Shown: positions 8,484-15,173 of the stretch, one piece after another | Layout of the letters: the number at the start of each line of letters is the position of its first letter | How positions within the stretch are numbered: position 1 is the stretch's first letter | IMG/VR virus record: IMGVR_UViG_3300031867_000001 | Coordinates: 32,001 to 96,000 of that record | Length of the DNA: 64,000 nt | DNA from: a virus | Taxonomy: Duplodnaviria > Caudoviricetes | Direction: 5' to 3' (one strand) | Translations under genes and position numbers: made by a program | The notes under the pieces: generated by a model | What the model was told of the DNA's origin: nothing | Seen by the model: only the letters and a program-made list of their open reading frames with translations | Databases searched by the model: none

Positions 8484-8635
8484 ATATTGATATACCGATG
8501 CAGTGATGCCTGGATACTTCGTGGTGAATAGGTTAACACATAAGAATGAAAATCTTACATATCGGGTTCAAGTCCCGACGGGACATCTAATAGATGTTTA
8601 TGTCTCCAAGCTCGATATTCTCGGTATATTAATAT
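8484..8635 (+). ncRNA. Conserved-stem RNA copy D enclosing a circularly permuted tRNA-Phe(GAA)
   Basis: GATGCAG..ATACTTC, D-arm GTG/CAC, TAAGA-ATGAAAA-TCTTA, TCGGG-TTCAAGT-CCCGA, acceptor closed by a loop (GACATCT-AAT-AGATGTT), then ATTCTC and closing stem. Confidence 0.7.
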
Positions 8636-8638
8636 AAT

Positions 8639-8715
8639 GCGACTGTAGTTCAATTGGTCAGAACATCTGCCTTCCAAGCAGGGGGTTGCGAATTCGAGTT
8701 TCGTCAGTCGCTCCA
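8639..8715 (+). tRNA. tRNA-Gly(TCC)
   Basis: Cloverleaf, anticodon loop CTTCCAA, encoded CCA. Confidence 0.9.
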
Positions 8716-8716
8716 C

Positions 8717-8815
8717 ATGCATGATGCAGTTATATCAGTTACTTCGATAACCTGTCACGTTATAATGAGTATTCTGCAAAGAATAATGTGTACTGGTATA
8801 AACATTCTCATGCAT
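8717..8815 (+). ncRNA. Conserved-stem tRNA-mimic RNA copy E (Asp GTC anticodon stem-loop)
   Basis: ATGCAT-GATGCAG-TTATATCAGT-TACTTC [ATAAC-CTGTCAC-GTTAT AATGAGTA..] ACTGGTATAA-ACATTCTC-ATGCAT. Confidence 0.7.
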
Positions 8816-8822
8816 ATTATTC

Positions 8823-8896
8823 GGGTCATTAGTCCAGTTGGTTAGAACGCAGCACTGTTAATGCTGATGTCATAGGTTCAAGTCCTATATGGCCCG
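8823..8896 (+). tRNA. tRNA-Asn(GTT)
   Basis: Cloverleaf, CAGCA-CTGTTAA-TGCTG; no encoded CCA. Confidence 0.9.
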
Positions 8897-8901
8897 CTTA
8901 T

Positions 8902-8978
8902 GGCTGGTTAGTAGAGTTGGTTAATACACCGGGTTTTCATCCCAGAGATCAGGAGTTCGATCCTCCTACCAGTCACCA
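8902..8978 (+). tRNA. tRNA-Glu(TTC)
   Basis: Cloverleaf, loop TTTTCAT, encoded CCA. Confidence 0.85.
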
Positions 8979-9083
8979 CGGGGTTATTATTTGAATAACC
9001 TCGCATTATGAAATGTTTGCAGGGCTTTTATGCCCTGCATTCATTTTCATTTTATTTTTATCATTTTAATGAGGTGATTAATC

Positions 9084-9278
9084 ATGACTGTTAACAAAAT
9101 CAAATTTCCAGATGGTACAGTAATCGATGTTGATAATGAAAAAACATTGAATGAGATTATGTCAATGCGTAAAGACATTAGAGACTTGAAAGATGCTGTT
9201 GGAACATTGAATTACAGAATCAATGATGTTATGCATATGATCGAAGAATTAAAACGTGATGTTTCATATTTACATTAA
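9084..9278 (+). CDS. Small coiled-coil hypothetical protein
   Basis: RBS GAGGTG; heptad-like C-terminus. Confidence 0.6.
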   Translation: MTVNKIKFPDGTVIDVDNEKTLNEIMSMRKDIRDLKDAVGTLNYRINDVMHMIEELKRDVSYLH

Positions 9279-9372
9279 ACGATACAACTAACAAATATAG
9301 TGGATGGAATATAGTCGGTCTGATTCTCAAATTTCATACAATGATTCTTCCTTTTGCAACCATCCACTTTAG

Positions 9373-9448
9373 GTCCGTTTAGCTCAGTTGGTAGAGCATG
9401 AAACCTTTAATTTCAGGGCCAAGGGTTCAACTCCCTTAACGGACACCA
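9373..9448 (+). tRNA. tRNA-Lys(TTT), with C at position 33
   Basis: Acceptor GTCCGTT/AACGGAC, TGAAA-CCTTTAA-TTTCA, encoded CCA. Confidence 0.8.
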
Positions 9449-9616
9449 TTGGTGCATTGGTACGTGCACCTCAAACACTGTGTAACGGGTCAATGTCAGT
9501 TCACGGACATTGACCCCCTCCTTCTTTACATGGTGAACGTTATTCACTTCTCATAGTTCGGTCGGGGGATTGCTCCCCCGACTCCTCCTTTTTCTATTTT
9601 TTATATTTTATTTATT

Positions 9617-9631
9617 TATATAATTAATATG
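9617..9631 (+). promoter_or_regulatory. Candidate phage promoter TATATAATTAATATG upstream of the Cas7-like gene
   Basis: Exact 15-mer recurring four times in intergenic positions. Confidence 0.6.
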
Positions 9632-9696
9632 TAATGAACACAGGTCAGGTATTCATTACAATATCATTTATAATAAATCTTTGGAGGTAATGTTTT

Positions 9697-10380
9697 ATGA
9701 AAAAGCTTAATGTCAAGGTCGTATTCGTAACAGGTCTGCTCGGTACAAAGCCGAACAATCAGGAAATCTTCTCGGAGTTTATCGCATCTAATGCACCGGA
9801 TGCAAAGACCCGTCAGCAGGAGATTGAAGACTCGTCCGTATCCGAGGTTGTTGACAAGTCGACAACTGTATTCGCCCGCACCAAGGATGGTAGACCCGTA
9901 TTTATGGACTATCACTGGAAGGGTTACTTCAAGGAGAAGTGCTCGTTCCTGAAGAAGAATGATACCGTTGATGATGGTTCCAAGCCGAAGTCCGCATCCA
10001 TCAAGGCTTTCAAGAAAGAGATTGATGGAAACATCTTCGTGTATCCCCGCAAGATCGTAATCCATACTGATGATGAGCTCACGATCAACCAGAGACCTCT
10101 CCGCACACAGACTATGCAGGGTGAACGTGTTGCGCTCAATTCGTCTGAGGAGATTCATGCACGTTCGTGGTGTGAGTTCACCGTAGAGTGCGAAATCGAG
10201 AAGCATGTTGAGTCCGTTCGTGAGTGGCTGAATTATGGTGTTAAGCACGGCACTGGTCAGTGGAGAAACTCTGGTGCAGGTAGATTCCTGTGGATGGAAC
10301 TCGATGATGAAGGAAACCAGATCGGTGGAAACTACACGGAAGAGAAACTCGAAGAGCTGATTGCTGAAGACGAGCTGTAA
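9697..10380 (+). CDS. Stand-alone Cas7/RAMP-superfamily-like protein
   Basis: N-terminal beta-strand then LLGT.P, a KGYFKE helix, RPLR thumb region and C-terminal glycine-rich loop YG...GTGQWRNSGAGRF; RBS GGAGG; no other cas gene in the window. Confidence 0.75.
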   Translation: MKKLNVKVVFVTGLLGTKPNNQEIFSEFIASNAPDAKTRQQEIEDSSVSEVVDKSTTVFARTKDGRPVFMDYHWKGYFKEKCSFLKKNDTVDDGSKPKSASIKAFKKEIDGNIFVYPRKIVIHTDDELTINQRPLRTQTMQGERVALNSSEEIHARSWCEFTVECEIEKHVESVREWLNYGVKHGTGQWRNSGAGRFLWMELDDEGNQIGGNYTEEKLEELIAEDEL

Positions 10381-10390
10381 TATGTGTGAT

Positions 10391-10420
10391 AATATGGTGG
10401 GAGTTACTCCCACCATATTT
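10391..10420 (+). terminator. Hairpin (terminator or processing stem) between Cas7-like gene and array 1
   Basis: AATATGGTGGGAG-TTA-CTCCCACCATATT. Confidence 0.65.
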
Positions 10421-10432
10421 ATATATCGCATT

Positions 10433-10996
10433 GGTATAGCTTAGTTAGATAGCGTGATATTCAGTAACGGTCCAGCCCCGCGAAGTAGGGCAGTGTAACG
10501 GTTAGGCGTGGTCCAATGTAGTGAAGTAATGTAAAGGTATAGTGTGGACCAGCGTAGAAATGTGTTGGTACGGTGTAGTCCAACAAAGTAAGGTTGTGTG
10601 CCGGTATGGTGGAACAAAGTAGGATCATGTAATGTGCTGGTACGACGACGTGGAGTAGATTCAAGTTTCGCACTGTAATGGCATGGTGAAGCAAGGTGAA
10701 GCACCGTAATGTTATGGCACGGTATGTTGAGGTCAAGTAAAGTAATGGTATGGTGGAGCCGTGTAATCTTCTGTAAAGGTATAGTCAGGTGATGTAACGT
10801 CTGGTAACGGTAATGTCAAGTGAAGTAATGCAGAAGTAATGTAATGGTTTTGTATGGTGTTGTGGACCAGAGTGAGACGATGCTTTGTATCGGTACTGTC
10901 TTGTACTTTGCGGCTTGGTATGGCATAGGTACAGTATTCCGTTGTTCGATAATATACAGCATGGGTACTGCGCAGTTCAATACGGTTCCGTGTGGC
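10433..10996 (+). repeat. Pentamer-periodic array 1 (16 units, GGY-[NNNGY]n-NNN); candidate guide-RNA array
   Basis: Unit starts 10433, 10469, 10500, 10536, 10567, 10603, 10639, 10680, 10716, 10747, 10778, 10809, 10846, 10892, 10928, 10964; 75 of 94 periods end in GT/GC by hand count. Confidence 0.85.
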
Positions 10997-11031
10997 GAAT
11001 CTTATAATAATAAAGAAGGAGAGTGTTAAAT

Positions 11032-11751
11032 ATGCATAAGGTTGATGGAGCAGAACTTCTCGGAATTCTCATTCGTAAGCTTACGGAGAATTGGGAGAAG
11101 TTGTGTGATGAATATTTGGACGAGGGTGAAGATCGTCCATCTTTCGGAGTTCTCCCAACGACCAATTACATCAAATGGTCAAAGGAAAACATCATCAGCA
11201 GTGTTAAGCTGATCAGCGTTGAAGACGAAATATCTGTTGAGGGTGTTAATGGCGCACTTAATGTGGTATGTAATCAGATTGATGGTATGATATTAAACGG
11301 ATATCCGATCCTTGATGATCTGGTTGTCGGATATGATGATGACGATGTTGCAGTATACCATAAGTCATATACCATTCTTGCGGAGAATCTTGCAACGATG
11401 ATGGTAGACGTGCGTGTTCCGGAATTGCTACTGGACTATCTGTATCTCTATCAGAAAATCTGCATTGGCAGATACCTGTATGAGATCAGAAACGTCATCA
11501 CTGATGATGTTGTGACTGGTGCTGATATACTTGGCAAACTGAATAGCTTTGCTATTAGTACACTGGGAGAAAATGCGAAAGTTAATAAGCTTGATCCATT
11601 AAGTAAGTTCGAAGTTGTGACATATGAACGAGAAGCAATCAAGTATGTTGGTATTGATCTGGATCATATCCGGTATGTATTCAAGACATACAATCAAACC
11701 ATTGAAAGATCGCGGACTTTCTATGTCCCCGATGACATTTACAATTCGTAA
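11032..11751 (+). CDS. Hypothetical protein between the two arrays
   Basis: RBS GAAGGAG; acidic 239 aa; stop codon overlaps first junction of array 2. Confidence 0.75.
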   Translation: MHKVDGAELLGILIRKLTENWEKLCDEYLDEGEDRPSFGVLPTTNYIKWSKENIISSVKLISVEDEISVEGVNGALNVVCNQIDGMILNGYPILDDLVVGYDDDDVAVYHKSYTILAENLATMMVDVRVPELLLDYLYLYQKICIGRYLYEIRNVITDDVVTGADILGKLNSFAISTLGENAKVNKLDPLSKFEVVTYEREAIKYVGIDLDHIRYVFKTYNQTIERSRTFYVPDDIYNS

Positions 11752-11752
11752 T

Positions 11753-13076
11753 GGTATTGTACAGCGCCGTACAGTGCAATACAGTCCGGTGATGGTAGGG
11801 TGGAGTAAAGTCTCACGGCGTAAAGTCCAGTCATGGCAAAGCAAAGTGTTACAATGTACAGGCGAAACGAGGTATCATATTGCAACGTAATGTGAAGGTT
11901 AGGCGAATCTGGGTACAGTATCGCGTTGTAATGGTAAAGTAAAGTGCACTTTCGTAGCGTCCTGTAATGGTTAAGTTTAGCATTGTGATGTTTAACTGAA
12001 GTTCAGCATAGTGATGTGTCGGCGAAGTAAAGCGTCGTAATATCACGTAAGGTGACGTCATGGTATGGCAAAGCTGCGTAGTATATTGTCTCGTGATGTA
12101 ATGGTAAAGCAAAGTACTGCGGAGTAAAATCTGGTGACGTAAAGGTCATGTTACGTATTGTGTCATCATGTACGGTGCTGGTATGGCAAAGTTACTCAGT
12201 GTATTGTAAAGGCAAAGCAGCGCAATCTCCTGTATTGTTAAGGCAAAGTCAGGTCATGTAATATCCCGTAATGTAAGGGTGAAGCATCGTGCCGAATCGC
12301 ATTGTCTCGTACCGTGTAGGTTATGTTAGGTGAATTAGGGCACAGCATTGTGTTGTATCGGTAAAGCTTAGCTATGTAAGTAAAGTAAGGTATCGGCAAC
12401 GTAAGGTCATACAGCGCACAATAAATTTGTGTAATGGCAGAGTACAGCTTAGCGTGATCACGCATTGTAATGTTTCGGCAAGGAATTGTTATGTTATGTT
12501 CAGGCAGAGTATAGTTGATTGTCGTTATATTTAGCTATGTTCAGGTATTGTGATGCTAAGTGGGCTATAGCACGGTGTTGGTGACGCTAAGTTTGGTATG
12601 GTGGTGTAATGGTTATGTGAAGTTCTGTACAGTCACGGTAAAGTGGAGCATCGTAGGGTGATGTGACGGTTATGTTTAGTTACACACTGCAATGTCACGT
12701 ATTATGTCATCATGTAATGGTAAGGTAGAGTGGAACAATCTTGTGCTGAGTGTAGGTAATGTGGCGCTAAGCAAAGTACTGGTAAAGTTTGGCATGATGA
12801 TATGACGGTGTAGTATAGTTCATCTCAGTAGCGTAACGGTTATGTTTAATGACGTAGAGTAACGTCTCGGCAAGGTATACCTATGTTTTCTGAAGTAATG
12901 TTTTGGTATTGTTATGCACGCTCATGCTAAGCTAAGCAGGGTTTGGTGCAGCGTCGGTATTGTATAGGCTTCTCACGTACAGTTGTGTCGAGTAAAGCAG
13001 CGGTGTTGCATAGTATGATCGAGCGCCGTAGTGGTGTTGTATGCCAGGGTTGACATGCGTTATGTCCGGTATTGTT
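11753..13076 (+). repeat. Pentamer-periodic array 2 (~37 units, mostly 26/31/36/41/51 nt); candidate guide-RNA array
   Basis: Same grammar, e.g. starts 11753, 11794, 11835, 11861, 11897, 11933, 11969 ... 12838, 12869, 12905, 12956; degenerates after ~12960. Confidence 0.85.
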
Positions 13077-13099
13077 ATACCACAACAAAAAGAATTAAA

Positions 13100-13130
13100 C
13101 CCCGCCCATATGGGCGGGGCATTCTTTTTT
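13100..13130. terminator. Bidirectional terminator closing array 2 and the endolysin gene
   Basis: CCCCGCCCA-TA-TGGGCGGGG with A-rich and T-rich flanks. Confidence 0.75.
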
Positions 13131-14088
13131 ATACTTTCAGCTTCCAACCAACCTTGATGAAGTTTGGAGTAATCTGGGGATACTTGGACTTGTTGTTGTT
13201 AACAATCTTCTTGACAGTAGTCTTGTACTTACTTGCAATTGCACCGAGTGTATCACCACGTTTAACCGTGTATGTTCTCTCAGCATTCGCTTGTGCTGTC
13301 TTAGCAGCGTTTGCTTTCAGAAGCTTATTGACTGCTTCTTGTACAGCCGCATAGTTATAACCAGCTGCTGCCAAACGAGTCTTTCTGTCAGCACCATTAC
13401 CCCACTTACCATCCAGAACTTCTTGAGCAATTTCATCAATACTCTTGGTAGGAGTTGTCGGTTTGGTGGGTGTTACAACTACATCATCATCATTAGACTT
13501 TCCGATATTGTCATTATAACAATATGACATATCTACATCACCGACAATACCATTGATTCGACCCTTCCAAGAATATTGCCACATATCAAATGGACCGGCA
13601 TAAGAGGTCTGTTTGCAATTTATCTGTGCTACCCAGACGGTGTACTTATTCTTCATCTCAGTAGTGAGATAATCAGTCAATCCAGACTTCATGGAATACA
13701 GTCCAGGTGTGTAACCACCATCCTTGATGGTTTGACAGAAAGCATCAGCCATTGCACTTACATTGTTTCTACCAGTATTCAATTGAGATCTTTCTTCAAA
13801 GTCAAAGTATACTGGGAATTGAAGCTTTCTACCGCCCAGAACCTGAAGACATACTTGTGCTTCAAGTTTTGCATCAGCAACTGTCTTGGCATAAGAATAC
13901 CAATACACGCCAACTGGGATGTTGTTATCTACACAACCTTGGTAGTTGCGATCAAACTTCTTATCCTTCTGAGATGCAAGTTTACCAAAACCTGCACGGA
14001 GAATGGCGAAGTTTACTCGATTGGATGCCTTTACTTTAGCCCAATCAATCGTACCATTATGCACGGATACATCAATACCATGTCTCAT
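13129..14088 (-). CDS. Endolysin: GH25 muramidase + Cpl-7 (CW_7) repeat + LysM
   Basis: GIDVSVHNG, YFDFEE, MWQYS, IDEIAQEVLDGKWGNGADR, YTVKRGDTLGAIA. Confidence 0.93.
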   Translation of the reverse strand: MRHGIDVSVHNGTIDWAKVKASNRVNFAILRAGFGKLASQKDKKFDRNYQGCVDNNIPVGVYWYSYAKTVADAKLEAQVCLQVLGGRKLQFPVYFDFEERSQLNTGRNNVSAMADAFCQTIKDGGYTPGLYSMKSGLTDYLTTEMKNKYTVWVAQINCKQTSYAGPFDMWQYSWKGRINGIVGDVDMSYCYNDNIGKSNDDDVVVTPTKPTTPTKSIDEIAQEVLDGKWGNGADRKTRLAAAGYNYAAVQEAVNKLLKANAAKTAQANAERTYTVKRGDTLGAIASKYKTTVKKIVNNNKSKYPQITPNFIKVGWKLKV

Positions 14089-14091
14089 AGA

Positions 14092-14256
14092 TTATTCACC
14101 TCTACCTTTCATATCATTGAAGTATTTGTTTTCGTAACCCCAATCAATGGCTTTCTTTACATCATTTACTTCAACTTCTTCAATCTCTGCAATCTTCTCA
14201 ACCGCATAGCCGTAATGATATGCTTTACAGATCTCTTTCATAACTTCTTCCGTCAT
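14092..14256 (-). CDS. Small hypothetical protein (54 aa) upstream of endolysin
   Basis: MTEEVMKEICKAYHYG..., RBS AAAGGAG, overlaps upstream stop. Confidence 0.55.
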   Translation of the reverse strand: MTEEVMKEICKAYHYGYAVEKIAEIEEVEVNDVKKAIDWGYENKYFNDMKGRGE

Positions 14257-14693
14257 AATGACAACTCCTTTTCTAAATGAAATTTTTTAACCAATTCACG
14301 TGTGGATTCACGAGAATTTGGATTACGTCTCCAATGGGTTGGTGTACCTTTACCAACCATATCCAACAATTCTGGTGGTGCTAAATTATATGGTGTGTGG
14401 AATGAAATTTGATATGGTTTACCATCGATATGAAAATTAAAATATACGAGAATAGAATCATAACCGTTCTGATCATCTTCTTGTTTAACATACCATCTGA
14501 ACATTGACTTTTTATTTGTTTTCAACAATCTCAATGCATTCATCAGATACGGTAATTTTGCGGTATATCCATATCGTACTGCACCACGAATAACATTCTT
14601 TCGAGCACCAATCTCACCCCTTATGCCCTTGCCAGAATCAGAACCGGCTTGTGCCGCAATGATATATCTGGCAATTCGTTCATCTATCGTCAT
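14253..14693 (-). CDS. Hypothetical basic protein
   Basis: MTIDERIARY..., contains QISFH. Confidence 0.65.
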   Translation of the reverse strand: MTIDERIARYIIAAQAGSDSGKGIRGEIGARKNVIRGAVRYGYTAKLPYLMNALRLLKTNKKSMFRWYVKQEDDQNGYDSILVYFNFHIDGKPYQISFHTPYNLAPPELLDMVGKGTPTHWRRNPNSRESTRELVKKFHLEKELSL

Positions 14694-14713
14694 TTGGATA
14701 TCACTCTTTCTAA

Positions 14714-14749
14714 TATATTGAAATTTGAAATATATATAATTAATATGAA
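14714..14749 (+). promoter_or_regulatory. Candidate promoter; 36-bp block identical to 31703-31738
   Basis: TATATTGAAATTTGAAATATATATAATTAATATGAA. Confidence 0.6.
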
Positions 14750-14789
14750 TAATAAACAATCACATGTTTGATTGCTTATTGCTTCGTTA

Positions 14790-15080
14790 AAGAGATCAGG
14801 ATTATCTCTGAAGACCCGCGAGTTGCAACACGGGATTCAAACTCCAGATTGACACACGGTGTTGGATGATCGTGTGTACCGATCCAGACTGATCCCCTGG
14901 GTAGGGCGTAGTCACGGCTACGCGTGATTGATGGACTGAACATCCAGTCCAAAACGGCGCTTCGGTGCTGAAGGTGGGATTGATCAACTGCCGAAAATCA
15001 TAATATAAAAGAAGGAGGTGTCCGAGATGAAAGGACATATCAAGCTTTAGCACGTCCCGAGCATGACGTTAAACTGCTCA
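14790..15080 (+). ncRNA. Candidate structured ncRNA with pseudoknots
   Basis: GC-elevated, serial hairpins, terminal H-type pseudoknot ACGTC/GACGT + GAGCA/TGCTC; downstream of promoter motif. Confidence 0.45.
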
Positions 15081-15173
15081 AACTTAATAAAACAAACGTG
15101 AATTATTTTTTTTTGCATTGTATTAATTTCAAAACGATTACGTAACTTTATTTCTTTAAGGAGATGATTTTCA

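Noticed and set aside
7955-8815. Known small ribozyme (hammerhead, twister, hairpin, HDV/theta) or group I intron as the identity of the repeated element
   Set aside because: I could not match core motifs such as CUGANGA/GAAA, twister pseudoknots or group I P7 by eye, and the element is too short for group I/II. A covariance-model search is needed to exclude these fully.
9664-10431. Long antisense ORFs (9664-10431, 13576-14280, 52811-53509, 55873-56577 and similar)
   Set aside because: They are shadow frames of well-supported genes on the opposite strand, with no RBS or motifs.
10433-13076. Canonical CRISPR array beside a cas7 gene
   Set aside because: There are no identical 25-40 nt direct repeats with unique spacers and no other cas genes; conservation is periodic at 5 nt instead.
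10441-13147. Short ORFs overlapping the arrays (e.g. 10441-10704, 10461-10736, 11849-12112, 12238-12465, 11624-11890)
   Set aside because: No RBS, and the L/H/Y/T- or V-rich composition is what a period-5 repeat produces; a period of 5 is not explained by codon structure.
14790-15080. tmRNA
   Set aside because: No alanyl acceptor stem with G3-U70 and no terminal T-arm/CCA; the mini-ORF has its own RBS and ATG.
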